64,000 bases of DNA from Vicugna vicugna (Eukaryota), in the NCBI GenBank assembly GCA_013265495.1, contig MU062295.1:2297880-2361879 (forward strand), read 5' to 3'. The notes under the pieces were generated by a model. It did no database searches, was not told the DNA's origin, and saw nothing but the letters and a program-made list of their open reading frames with translations. A program made the position numbers and the translations under genes. Positions 48,630 through 60,735 of this stretch are shown here, piece after piece; positions within the stretch are counted from its first letter, which is position 1, and each line of letters starts with the position of its first letter.

Positions 48630-48900
48630 TCTTTTTTAACAGAATAATGCTCACGTTACAAAATTGAGAAGGGTATGCAGTGAAAAGAAATTCTCCCTCC
48701 CACCCTTGTCCCTATTGCTTGTGTATTCTTCCCAAGATAGTCTGTGTGCATCCAAGTAGATACGTATATAGCTTTTCCCACACGGATGATAGCATCCCCT
48801 AAGTATTGCCTACCATCTTGCCATTTCCATTTATCTTAGAGAGCAGTCCACATCAGTTCATAAGGAGCTGCCACATTCTCTTTCTGGTGCATAGTGGGAG
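48630..48900 (-). mobile_element. L1ME-type terminal fragment
   Basis: ATGCTCACGTTACAAAATT...GTGAAAAGAAATTCTCCCTCCCACCC. Confidence 0.5.
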
Positions 48901-49347
48901 GACAGTTTAAGCCCCTGGATGTCTTGCTTACTTTTTAATAACCTCTCCTGCTTTCTTGGCCTCCATCTTGCATTTGAGACTGGGTGACGGTGGGCGGGCA
49001 CTGGGCTGGGCCTGGGGGGACAGCAATGAAAAAGCACAGCCCCTGCCCCCTGGCACTCCCATCTGAGAAGTGAAGGCAGATATTAGAAAAGTCACGGGCC
49101 TGTGGTGAGTGCTCTGAAGGGGGAAATTGGGGTACTGTTGGAAGACACAGCAGGGGGGCCAAATTTAGGTTAGGGGCTCAGTGAAGAGATTTCATTTACG
49201 CTAAAACCTGGAGGACGAATGACTGGAAGTTATTCATGTGCAGGGCTGGGTGGGGAGGAGTTAAAGGAAACAAAATATGTGAAGGCTCAAAGTGTGAGAG
49301 AATATAGAATGTTCTAGAAACTGAAAGGTCTGTCACTGAGAGTGGTC

Positions 49348-49560
49348 TAAAGTTTCTCAGCTGTGGCATTACTTCTTTGTGGTGTGGGATGGAGTCCTGG
49401 GCGTTGTAGGATGTTTGGCAGCATCCCTGGCCTCTATCCACTAGATTCGAGCGGCACCTTCTCTTCCCCTGAGTTGAAAAAACCAAAAATGTCTCCAGAC
49501 GTTGCCAAAGGTCCTCAGAGAGGGGTCGGGGGCCAAATCACCCTGACAGAGAGTCACTGG
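49348..49560. mobile_element. MER20
   Basis: GTAGGATGTTTGGCAGCATCCCTGGCCTCTATCCACTAGAT...AAAAATGTCTCCAGACGTTGCCAAA. Confidence 0.88.
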
Positions 49561-50514
49561 TATAAAATGAGTCTAGAAAGGTAAGAACACAAGAAAATAG
49601 ACTCAGCAGAATTCTGCTACTGTCTGTCCCTGTCTCAGGCCTAAGTTCCAGGTGAGGCGACCTTACTGAATTCTCAGCAGGTGTGTGTGGAGCTGTGACT
49701 GTTCCTTGCACAGGGCTACATTTGGGAGCATCTAAAGAGGGAAGACTCCATCCCTCAAGAAGCTCTCCTCCATTGGTTTCCAAGATGACCCCTCCAAACC
49801 CTAGAGTCCTTTCTGTAGTAAATGGTGACAGCAGTGAGAGGCAGGTTCTATTCCTGGGTGGCCCAACCCTCCCTCGTGGTGGGTGGAGGAGACCCCAAGG
49901 CGCTGATTCTGATAATGATGGCATTTATCGTCCGGGGGGCCCTGATGTCAGCAGCAGCACGGTGAAGCATTAAGGATTTCAGTTTATATTTAAAGACAGG
50001 CTGGAAATACAACTGGCGTTCTGTGCAGTTGATTACCCAAGGGATTTGTCTGAAATGGGGATGCGCCTGGTGGAGGGCAGAGCGGCTGGCTTCAGGATTT
50101 CCATGTTAAGGGCTAGAAAATAGGAAGGGCAGACGAGGGTGATTCCTGAGGGCTCCTGGCTGGGGTGCCCAGTGGTCTGCGGCATTACTTAGGACCCAAG
50201 GGCCTTGTTCACACCAGCCAGTGGCTCACAGGAGCCTGCAGTCTCTGCTTCAGAAGCGATTTAGGAAAGTTAGAAAGCAGACTTGGGTTTTGCCTGGTTT
50301 TCTGCATGTGTACATGGTGTTTATACCCTTTGGGCTAACCTTGCATTCGTGGTGCTTTATTTCATTCGTGACATCTTTTGGAAGTAGACATAAAATGGCA
50401 GCAGCAGACACAAGGAGACCCTGTCCTAGTCACATCTCTTTTATCCAAGGACCTCATCCTCTGGGGTGGCCCAGGGTTCACATCAGGAAACTAGGATCCT
50501 TTAGTGATGCCATA

Positions 50515-50940
50515 GAAGTGATGTCACCAAGATGGTGACATTGGTCATTCCCGACTTTGCTTCTCCTCACAAGAATGACTACCAACCTTTTGTGGACAAG
50601 ACACCACTGAGAAAATCCTGGAACATGGCTTTGAGGCTGGAGCACACCCCTGCACCACAGAGAGCAAGACAGGCGGCTTTAGAAGGTTGACGGGAGTGGC
50701 TACATGTGACTGCATACCCCTCCCCCAGGCCAGTCCCCTCTCCTTGCAGACAGCCCAGCCTCCTCCAATGGGAAGAGAGCCAGGGGACATCCAGCTCCCC
50801 CAGTGTTGTGGATCACTTCTTGGGATCCCTACTCCGGTCCTGCCTCACAGGGAGTGTGGAGGACTCCCTGGGGCTTGGCCACTGGGAGTCCAGTCGTGAC
50901 TGCAGTAATCGATGGTAACCATGATGGAGAGGGAAAGGGA
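50515..50940 (+). mobile_element. Isolated ancient L1 5'UTR (L1M 5'-end type)
   Basis: Begins GAAGTGATGTCACCAAGATGGTG (YY1-type start), then GACAAGACACCACTGAGAAAATCC, CATCCAGCTCCCCCAG; family from recall. Confidence 0.6.
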
Positions 50941-51639
50941 TGGTCAGTGGGTTGGCCTTTCTCCGAACTGTAGAAGCTGAATGTCAAGACTGACTTCCGT
51001 GTCTCTCTCTCCTAAAACTCTCGGTGGGATGTTCTGCTGAGGATGTCCCAGCTAATGCTGTTCAGCTGGCGCTCTCTTCCTCTCTCCTGTGGAAGAGCTC
51101 GGATTGACCCCTTCAGCCACGTGGACCCGGAGGCACCGGAACTAACGATGAGAGCCTGGGAAGTCCCCTCCTGCATGGGGGCTGAGACAGAGGCCCCTTA
51201 CCCTTCAGGCTCCAGCAGCTGCCTCTAAGTCAAGCTGGAATTCCACTGTGGGGGAAGCTTTTGTTTTTCTGTAGATGCTTTATCCTTGTACATGTAGTTT
51301 CATAACACAATTCTGCTTGCCAATTTTAGGGATCAGGTGCTTGCAGAAAAAAGGAAACCAAGTAAATAGTCCCTAGGGCAAGACACAGTAACACCAGGAA
51401 GATGAAAGTGCCTCGGTGATGGGCTCTTTGAACATAGAAGCAGTTATCAGCGTCCCTGCTCCACGAAGCTAATTGTGGTTCTCTGAACATGAGCAGTTCA
51501 GGGACACCTTGGGTGGGGGTTGGGGGGAGCAGGGAGCTCTGTGACCCTGCCCCAATACACCTGTCCCGGAGCTCTGCAGTGTGGGAGGGAAGACAGGACC
51601 AACTAGGGCATGGAAGATGGTTGAGACACCTTCCTAGTT

Positions 51640-51925
51640 TGGTCCTGTCAGGCTGAGGTGGTGTCTGGGTCTTTGTAAGAGCATATTGGCCACAAAAGAC
51701 GAATACTGTATGATTCCACTTATATGCGGTTCCTAGAAGAGTTAAATTCATAGAGACAGAGAGTAGAATGGGGGTTTCCAGGACTGGGAGAAGGGAAGTG
51801 GAGAATTAATGTTTAAATGGGTACAGAGTTCCAGCTGGGAAAGATGGAAAAAAGTTCTGGAGCTTGATGGTAGTGACAGTGAACTGTGCACTTAAAAATG
51901 GCTAAAATGGTAAATTTTAAGTATA
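51640..51925 (+). mobile_element. L1MB-type 3' end
   Basis: ATACTGTATGATTCCACTTATATG...ATTCATAGAGACAG...AATGGTAAATTTTA. Confidence 0.85.
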
Positions 51926-51954
51926 TGAATTTTATCTTAAAACTACATTGACAG

Positions 51955-52140
51955 CACAGAGTTGGATGCTTCATGGGGCATTATTTAAATCTTGACTCAG
52001 CCGCTTAGTACCTGTATAGTAAGATAACTTTTCTGAGCCTCAATTTCCTCATTTTCAGAATAAGAATAATAGTGTTCTCAGGGTTGATATGAAAATAAAT
52101 GAGATACTATCTGGCATACAGTAGATACTTGATAATGTAA
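51955..52140 (+). mobile_element. MIR
   Basis: CTGAGCCTCAATTTCCTCATTTTCAGAAT...GGCATACAGTAG. Confidence 0.75.
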
Positions 52141-52374
52141 ACTTTTGTTATGATGGTTGTTTTCATCAGGCACTTTGTCCTCTTCCTTGTCTTAGCCAGC
52201 TGCCACTTCCGCAGGGCAGATGGCATCCTTACTGCTCCGGAAGTATGCCTGGGGCTCGATAGCCATCTTTGGTCAATATTTTGTCCTTGCTTAAGGATTC
52301 CAGGAATAAAAACAAAAGGATCTGGACCCATGTCCCTGCACTGGGAGTTTTCAAGAGTGAGTCAGTTTCAGTTT

Positions 52375-52680
52375 TCCAAAGTGTGGGCATTTGGAGGACC
52401 CTGTGTTGAAATCACCTAGGTACTTAGCATCCCAGGATGCAGTGACACTGAATCAGAAGCACTCGGAGTGGAACACAGAAATGTCCTTTTTTTTTAATTT
52501 TAAACAACCTTATTGTGGTATAATTCCTGTACAGTGAACTACACACGTTTCACATGTACAATTTGATGAATTATGATAGATGTATATACCTCTGAAACCA
52601 CCGCCACAATCAAGATACTTAACATCAGAAATGTCCTTTTTAACATGCTCTCCAGGTGGCTCTGATGTTTACTGCACTTT
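52375..52680. mobile_element. MER5A split by an L1 fragment
   Basis: TTTCCAAAGTGTG...GAATCAGAA [insert] TTTAACATGCTCTCCAGGTGGCTCTGATG. Confidence 0.7.
52492..52625 (-). mobile_element. 134-bp 5'-truncated L1 with perfect 16-bp TSD
   Basis: TSD CAGAAATGTCCTTTTT at 52476-52491 and 52626-52641, followed by AA. Confidence 0.85.
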
Positions 52681-52689
52681 GGTTACAGG

Positions 52690-52830
52690 AAGTGGTTCTT
52701 GACTCTGCCCACCTTGGGAATCCTTTGTGAAGCTCTTTAAAAACAGACACCAGGACCACTCCTAGATACTTGGATTCCATTGGTCCAGTTTAAGGGGTTC
52801 TGGGGAGCTGCTTCTGTGTTTTTAAAATTT
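52690..52830. mobile_element. MER5-type fragment
   Basis: GTGGTTCTTGAC...GAAGCTCTTTAAAA...GATTCCATTGGTCC. Confidence 0.55.
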
Positions 52831-52864
52831 TATTATTATTTTGCTTATTGTTTTTAAAAATAGC

Positions 52865-53100
52865 AATCCTAGCTGTCATGTATGGGCATTGAGTAGGTGG
52901 CAGACACGAAGCTAAATGTGCATTTTTCTTATTTAATCCTCGTGACCACCCTCCAAGGCAATTCCTATAGCAACCCCATTTTAGAGATTAGGAAACTGAG
53001 GCTCAGAGAGGTTAAGTGGTTTACCCCAAGGTGATACAGCAGGGAAGTAGGAGAGCTGGGATTCAAACCCAGAGACGGCCAATTCCAGAGGCAGTACTCT
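52865..53100 (-). mobile_element. MIR (near full length)
   Basis: CCCATTTTAGAGATTAGGAAACTGAGGCTCAGAGAGGTTAAGTGG...GGGATTCAAACCCAG. Confidence 0.9.
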
Positions 53101-54262
53101 CAGTACCGTGCTATTGTGTCCTAATGTTGCACTAGGAGCAGGGCTGGACTAGGGTGAGGCCGATGGGGCACCTAGGACACACGGTTAAGGAGGGGCACAG
53201 ACAGGCTTCTACAAGTGCAGAGCAAGGGCCTCTGTAAATGTTGTGCCCTGGGCACCTCACTTGCCTCGCTCTAGTACCAGCCCTGCCTAAAAGATCGTGT
53301 TCTTTAACCAAGATGGTTACAGTTTTCATCCCCCTCATGCATGTAAGCCAGTGGCCCACCCATGGGGCCCCAGATCTCACTGAAATGCTGTCTTATCCCA
53401 AGGCCCCAGTGGTCAGAGCCCTGGCCTCAGGGAAATCTCAGGAGCTGACTCAAACTGTTCCTTTTTGGGAGAAGGTGTTAGCAAAGATGGTTGCCAAGCA
53501 ACTCCAGGGCATCTATCTACAGTGATGATTTCTCTCTTTTTTTTTCCCCCTTTTGAACATCTCGAGGCCGCTTTTCAGTTTCCCTCTTGGCGTTGGGATT
53601 GTTAGTGATTTCATGAAGGGTGTGCTCCTTTGGATGATGGAACAAGGCTTCCTTTTCAATACCCGCTGGTTAGAGGTGTCCTTTTGATGGGCAAAGCGCC
53701 TGCTAAGTGGGTGTGAAAGACCTTTGCCTTCTTCAGCCATGGAGATACCCTAGTTGTCATTGGCTCTGAGGGACAGTGACAAGATTCCGTGACTGGAGTG
53801 GCCGAGAGAGGCACAGAATGTATCTCCCATGTGAGGACAGGGGGACACAGGGATGTTCAGTCCATGACTGGATTTCACATTCCCTCTATTCACCCAGGCA
53901 CTTAGCTTTTATACATGGGGACCTGGCTGGTCCTAGAGGAGCTGGAGTTCTCTCTCTCAGTGGTTTAAAAGACCTGGGGGCCCTTGACCTGTGTTTCCTC
54001 TTCAGCGCTGTCCCTCCTGCTCAGTCCCCTCATCAGTGTGGGGTTTCAGGTGACCGTTGATGGGTCCCTGTCACTTGGCCTGCTGGCCCACATTTTGATC
54101 CTCCTGGAGAGGACTGAGAGCTCGTGGGCTGGAGCACTTTTCCCATATGACAGAACCTGCCCCAGACTAGCAGGCCGAGAGGGAAACATCAGGAGATCGA
54201 GACCGGTCACACTGGGTGAGGTTGGCTCTATTGGGTCCACCCACCAATGTCCCTGGCACCAC

Positions 54263-54286
54263 GACCTTGACCTTGACCTTGACCTT
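54263..54286. repeat. (GACCTT)4 hexamer array
   Basis: GACCTTGACCTTGACCTTGACCTT read directly. Confidence 0.95.
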
Positions 54287-54559
54287 TGTGTCCTTCCTCA
54301 TGCGTCCTCTTTTGTAGAAGCAGGGCAAGACCCAAAGAGAATATGGAACTCAAATGAGTCCTGCCACTTTGGGAGGCTCAGACCAGACACTTAATGGCAG
54401 AAGACCGTTGAAAAGAGACATCCACTCTGTTTTGTGCAAACCCAATTTGGAATAATCCAGCCTTGGACAGATTAGGGGGCTATTTGCTTTCCAAATGAAA
54501 TTACTGGGGACTTCGTTAAATGGTAGAGTGCCCTAGAGCTTTCTGGACACCTTAGTTTT

Positions 54560-55400
54560 TTCTTCCAAAGTTTTGGTGATACCCACTTTGACGCCTCTCC
54601 TGCTAGCTCCTCTCCCCTCTGTGTGGTGATGCTAGCATGTCTACCTCCAGCCCTGACTTCTCCTCCACAGAGGGCCCGCTCACCCCTGTGGTGTACTGCG
54701 TCCGACAGCCCCTCGAGGGCATCCTTACTGCACCCCCAGCCCCCCTAGACCCAGTGCAAGTGCAGAGCCTTCCTTGGGTCTTCCCTCATCACTGTCTCCC
54801 TCCCTCCCGCTCCCCTCCGAACAGCCCTTCTCTGCATCTCTCAGTCTCTCCGTTTCCCTCCACTCTCTCAGCCCCCACCCTGCTGGCCCGCTTTGCCTCA
54901 TAGCCTACCTCGGTTTTTATAATAGCTGCTTAATTGGTCTCCCTGTCTCTGTCTTCCCAGCATACCAATTCAGAATTAATCTCCCGATAAGTCACATTTT
55001 ATCAGGTTGTTCCTGAAGTGAAAACCTTTCATCACTTCCCCCTAGACCACAGTTAACGCCGTGTTCCAGGTCCCTGGTGCCTCAGTCCCGTCAAACCCTG
55101 ACAGGTGGCTCACCCCCAACAAGCTCCGTTCCTTCCTCATCCCCATCCCTGCCTCTGCGGGGTTCTCTGCTTCTAGTGCCTCCCTGTCCCTTGGCTGCTC
55201 CTCGTTCTGTGAGGCCCAGACCACATTCCCCCTCTGAGGAAGCCTCCCTGGCCTCTCAGGCTGCACAGCCCAGAGCTGCTGTGGACCCTGTGCTGCTGGC
55301 CATCCCCACCACATTCTGGCCCCTACGTCTTGTACTTCCCAGACATTCCATTGTTAACCTGATGTATTTTCACAACTGCGTTATAATCTTGTGGATTTGG
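54560..55400 (+). mobile_element. L2
   Basis: C/T-rich L2 body, e.g. GCCTCATAGCCTACCTCGG...TAATTGGTCTCCCTGTCTCTGTCTT. Confidence 0.65.
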
Positions 55401-55534
55401 GGGTGAGGAATGGGGGACTGTATCTTCCCTTTTTCTTTCCTGAGTTATTTTCAACTCATAGAGTGTTACTATTCAGCTAGGCATCCAATTTGGCTTTTAA
55501 GTATGTGTCTTGATATACCTGTATTTTCATTTCT

Positions 55535-55712
55535 TTTCTTTCTTTTTTTTAATGTGGTAAAATACAAATAACATAAAATTTATTGTCATAACCGTTTTTA
55601 AGGGCACAGTTCAGTCATGTTAAGTACATTCACATTGTTGTGCAACTCATCTCCAGAACTCTTTTCATCTTGTAAAATGGAAACTCTATATCCTTTAAAC
55701 AACTCTACATTT
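55535..55712 (-). mobile_element. L1MB-type 3' fragment with short TSD
   Basis: TTAATGTGGTAAAATACAAATAACATAAAATTT...; TATTTTCATTT on both flanks. Confidence 0.8.
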
Positions 55713-56059
55713 ATATTTTCATTTTTAAAAGCAGTCTGGAAATGACCTGTGAGTCCCTTTGATTTAGCAGCTGATTTTTTGATGTTGTTGAGATTCTAAG
55801 AACTGGCAGGCCTCCTGAAGTTTCTGTTCAGGTGGCTATTTGGAGCCACAATGCAAAAAGGCCCAGCTCAACATAGTTGTAGCCCCAGGACCTTCCATGG
55901 GCTCTGCGTCAGTGTTGAAAACCCAGTGGAAAAGTGCTGCAGTTTGGGCCAGAATCACAGACACCTTGGAGCAACCTAAAGTTTCTCAGTTCAGCTTTGG
56001 TAGTAAACCCCTACCTCCTGGCACCCTTATTTCTTTTTCTGCCTCACCATCTTGATGTA

Positions 56060-57260
56060 CAAATCAAAATTTTTCACATACATAAAAAAAGTTGAAATGA
56101 TTGTACAGTGGTCATTCATCTGTGCAGCACCTAGAGTTAAAAACCAGTTCACATCTTATCTGATGTGCTTTCTTAGAAAGATAGCTATTTCTGCACCATT
56201 TGAAAATCAGTTGTAGACAGCATGACACTTCACCTCTAAATATTTATCATTTTGACACATCTTGATTGTGTAACCTTGAGCTACTCAAGTTCTCAGAGCC
56301 TCATCTTATGTAAATAGGTGTGTGTGGCTTGCTGAACCCTTTGGAAGTAAGTCACAGACCACATGACACTTCACCCCTAACAACTTCAGGATGCATCTCC
56401 TAAAAATAAAATCATTCTCCGATGTAATCATAATACCCGTATCACACATAGAAAACTAGTGGTAATCCCCAAAGAGCATCTAATATCTGGTTTGTATTCA
56501 AATTTTTCCAATTGTCCCCCCACAAAAAGCTACAGCTGCTTTTTTCCATAGACTTTTTAAAATATATAACCAGGACCCTGTCAAGGTTCACACATTACAT
56601 TTGGTCGATGTCTCTTTAGTCATTTTAAATCTGGAACAATGCCCCCCACCATGTGTGTGTATATATGTGTACATATATATGTGTGTGTGCGTGTAGATGT
56701 GTATGTGTATATATATATATTTTTCTGTATATACGTATATAAAAATTGTCCTTTAAAATGCTTCTCATTCTGATCTGTCTGATCACTTCCTTGTGGTGTC
56801 ATTTGCCTTCTTTTTCTCAGCCCCACTTTCTCTCCATACTGGAAGTTAAAGCTAAAAATCTCAGCTTCAGGCTTGCTGTTTTGGTAAGAATACGTCCAGG
56901 GACGTATTCTTCATTAAACATCTCATCCAGGGACACATGGTGTCGGGGTCCCCTTACTAGGTGCTGATCACTTGGTAAGTTGGTGCCCACCTCTTTCTAT
57001 TGCAAAGATATGTTTTCCTTCTGCGATCAGTATGTCATTCTGTGGGTGATGTTTTGGCACCGAGTGGGTACCCCATTCCCTAAAAAGAAATTTCGTGGGA
57101 TCGCCTTGTTCTCCATTGATGATCCTTGCTGGACCAGTTGTTTCTCTGCGAGTTGTAGAACGGTTATTTTCAAATTCTGTCATTCTGATCTACATTTATT
57201 GGCTGACATTCATCTATAAAGAAGACTTCTTACTCATCAACAGGGATGAACTATTAAATT
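56060..57260 (-). mobile_element. L1ME-type fragments
   Basis: CATGACACTTCACC motif at 56221 and 56362 (two copies or an old duplication); diverged L1ME body. Confidence 0.65.
56652..56740. repeat. Compound (TG)n/(TA)n microsatellite
   Basis: TGTGTGTGTATATATGTGTACATATATATGTGTGTGTGCGTG... Confidence 0.9.
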
Positions 57261-57989
57261 TCTTCTTAAAAAGGCAGGAGGAATCTTTGGTTTGGGGTCA
57301 GGGGTTCTTTGGTTTGTGGTCTGTCTTGAGCAAAGTGAAGGGTTTTTCTAATTACCAGTTTTCAGAGTAAGGAGTTGAACACCCGTGATTTAAAGCTAAG
57401 GAGGGACAAGGGCAAGGACTGGGCATATTTCACTAAGATGCATGTATAATGTGAACCCCAGTAATCAATGGGAAATTGTCGATAAATAGAGTGAGCTTTG
57501 TGTGCAACCCTCTGAAGTAAAAGGGGACCACATCTTGGTTGGTAGAGTATGAGCTTAAAAACACTGAGAAACATTAGCACACCCACTCAGGTGAGCCTTT
57601 TCTTTGACTGGGGGAAAGAAGAAAATAATTATGCTGAAAACAACCCCTCTCCCACCTTCCAGCAGGAGCCCAGCATTGAGCCTGGGTCCGGTGACCTGCT
57701 GAAGGGGATTGCAAACCAGGATGAGGGATGCTCTTGAGGTTCTGAAGCCAGAGTGGCTCTTCCTGCATCACCCGTTCACTGGAAAGTGAGCGAACGCCCA
57801 GGCACTGAGTGGGCTGGTGTGCAGGGTGTACCAGTGGAATAGCCCTGGCCCCTGCCCTCCAGAAACTGAGGAATGAAACATGAAATTCATTCACTTTGTG
57901 AATGTGCCTTGAATGCATGGGACCCCGAGAAGGAAGAGGTTTCAGTCTGCTGCCTGCAAGACCTTTGACCTGGGGGGAGGGGCTCTCTG

Positions 57990-58070
57990 GTTTGAGGTTC
58001 TATCTGGAGCACAGTGACTGGTGTATAATGGAAACCAAGTTAATGTCTGAAGAATGAATGAATGAATGCA
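57990..58070 (+). mobile_element. L2 3' end
   Basis: GCACAGTGACTGG...GAATGAATGAATGAATG tail. Confidence 0.55.
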
Positions 58071-58435
58071 TGCATGCATGCCCCATCATGCAAGGCTGGG
58101 ATTTGGGTTAGACCTAGTGAGGGCTGCCGCTCCTAGGAAGTCGCTTTTGAAAAAAGGAGTTAGGATGAATTCTGGGTCTACCATTAATACTGAAGAGAAG
58201 ACAGTTTATAATATATTCCAGTTGCACACCTACTTAATACCGAACACAATTCAGTTTTTTATGGCGTTTTCAGGAAACAGCCACCTTTTTTGGTAATGTT
58301 TGTGTGTGTGTTGCTGTCTCTATTCAGTGTGCCGGGGGCAGGATTCTCTCTCTTTCCCTCTCTCACACACATATATATACACACATTTTTAGGTCTTGCT
58401 GCTCAGTTAATCTGCAAGTTCTTTTCTATCACAAT

Positions 58436-59075
58436 CAATGTTGTGCTAGTAAATGTTTAACAACCTGCTCTCTAAATAAATTTCCCCATGTACCTGTGTA
58501 TGTTTATTCTACATTTTACTGATAAAAGACTGTTTAGCATAACAATTTACAAATAATAAAATATTTAACACTCTTTATGGTAAATTTCATATCATCAGTT
58601 GATTCTCACCAAATGCTTTTGTTGATTTTTGCCAAATTCTTTTGTCCCTGGCCAACCTAAGATCAAAATTGACAAACAGGTGTCAGTCTGATGTCAGTGT
58701 TGGTTGATGTCTTCATTTAAGTCAGTGAGGAAGATGAAAGTGAAAGAACAAAGATGTATGTTGGAGCTTTGCTCGATGGTTGGTGACAAGAGTGACTTCC
58801 TTGCTGAATTGGATAATAGTTCTTGAGCACTGAGAGAATATGTCCTCATTTTTGTGTGCTGCTCAAATACAGCTGTATCAACATGATATACTTAAAAATC
58901 TGCATTACTGAAGTTTTCTACGTCACTTTCTTAAAACTGGGTAATCAAATCAATAAGAAATCCAGCCCTGATTTGTAGCATTTGATGACTTCTGTGGTAT
59001 AAGCTCTCCTAGCCCCACATTTCAAGCTGTTAGTGTGGGACTCCGAGTTGGGAAGAGGCGGGCATTAGAACACTG
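58436..59075. mobile_element. MER63-type hAT element
   Basis: TGTGCTAGTAAATGTTTAACAACCTGCTCTC at the left; CAGCCCTGATTTGTAGC and GAGTTGGGAAGAG at the right. Confidence 0.65.
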
Positions 59076-59127
59076 TCACGTAAGATTTCCTCCATACAGA
59101 GACAATAGATGTAAATAACTTCAAGAG

Positions 59128-59335
59128 CAGCAGTCAGCAAACTGTCGCCCATCAGCCAACTCCTTGGCACCTGTCTTTGTAAATAAAGTTTTACTGGAAC
59201 ACAGCCATGCTCATGTATTTATGTATTGTCTCTGTTACTTTTGCACTCAGCACCTTGGCAGAGTGGGATGGCTGAGACAAAGACACTCAAAATAGTTACT
59301 CCCTAACCCTTTCTAGAAAAAGTGATCAACCTCTG
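59128..59335. mobile_element. MER58A
   Basis: CAGCAAACT...CCTGTCTTTGTAAATAAAGTTTTACTGGAACACAGCCATGCTCAT. Confidence 0.85.
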
Positions 59336-60454
59336 CTCAAAGCATAGATCATAGTAAAATGTAGCAAGGTATATAGAAGTGAGAAGTTTTGAGCATTTAT
59401 TCTATTTTTTAAAATAGAACACACTTAATTTTAGCTTATCTCATCTTAAATCATTTCTTAATGATTTGTTAAATTTGGCTTACCGAATACCTAAAAATTT
59501 AATAATTGGCTCTTACGAGCCTATACAGGCCAGACCCAGCTCCCTACTGCAATGCTTTGAGGGCTCCAGCTCATAAGGCCAAAAAGCGAAGCTGTCACTA
59601 TTAGGAAGAGGCAGCTGGCAACACCAGATTGGAGGGGGAGCCACATGAGAAGGATTGGAGCTGCTTGAAGTTGTGGACTGATTTCCATAGAAATCCGAAG
59701 AAAGCATTCTTGAGGTTAGTTTTCATATAATGTTTTTCCCCCCTCTTCAGGCCTGGGGTTTGTTTTGGCTTCTCAAAGGAGTTTCCTTCAGAGCTAATTT
59801 AAAAACTCAGTACAGCATGGGTTTCTGACCAAATTTTGCGTGCATCTGTCTCAACCCCATTCAGCCCGTGACAGGCGCCCGGCAGCTTTCAGAACTCGCA
59901 CAGATGCTCTGTGTCCCGCGAAAGGAGGACTTCCTGTCGCTGGCCGCGGGCGAGAGGAGTTGCCTGGTGCACGGGTTTTCCTGGCCACCACTTCCTGCCG
60001 GCTGCCTTTGAATGGATTACACAGGGTTAGAAAAAGACTTCTTGGCACAGCGAGAGGACCAGTCTCTCGTGCTTTGTGGGGAAGGATTTGTAACAGGATG
60101 GCAGTTGAGGCCGCCCCAGAATGCGCCTGGCTGCCCCAGCCTTACTGGGGAAACCAGCTGCCTTTGGGGACGGGGTCTGTGGAGGGAGGGAAGGGGCAGA
60201 GGGGAGGGGATGTTTACATTCAGGTGACACCTTTCATCCAGTGGGATCTCGAATAGCCATGTGTCCAAAGGTGTTAGGCCCCTGAGGAGATGAGGCTCCT
60301 GGGGGTCAGGTATTGAGGTCATGTTCTTGGTGTGTCAAGCCCTTATGGGAAGTTGAATAAATCCTCATGTCTTGTCAAAGGGAGGTAAAGGCAGGTGTGG
60401 CTGTTGCCTTTTTTTTTTTTTAAGTCACTATATAGAGCACATTTAATCTTTAAA

Positions 60455-60735
60455 CTTTAAAAAATACATGTAAAATAATATTTACTATTTTAACCATTTT
60501 AAAGTGCTCCACTAAATACATACACAATGTTGTGCAACTGTTACCACTGTCTGTTTCTAGAAGGTTTCCATCATCCCAAACAGAAACTCTGTACCCATTA
60601 AACAGTCACCTCCCCCTTCCCCCTCTCCCAGCCCTGGCAACCTCTACTCCACCTTCTGTCCCTATGATTTGTTCTAAGTACCAAAGATAAGAGGACTCAC
60701 ACAGTGTTAGTCCTTTTGTGACTGGGTTATTTCGT
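60455..60735 (-). mobile_element. L1MB-type 3' end
   Basis: TTAACCATTTTAAAGTG...CATCCCAAACAGAAACTCTGTACCCATTAAAC...CCAGCCCTGGCAACC. Confidence 0.85.

Noticed and set aside
56727-56740. 14-bp palindrome TATATACGTATATA
   Set aside because: By-product of the (TA)n microsatellite
57959-57971. DR1-like AGACCT-T-TGACCT
   Set aside because: One half-site imperfect; isolated motif between L2 remnants
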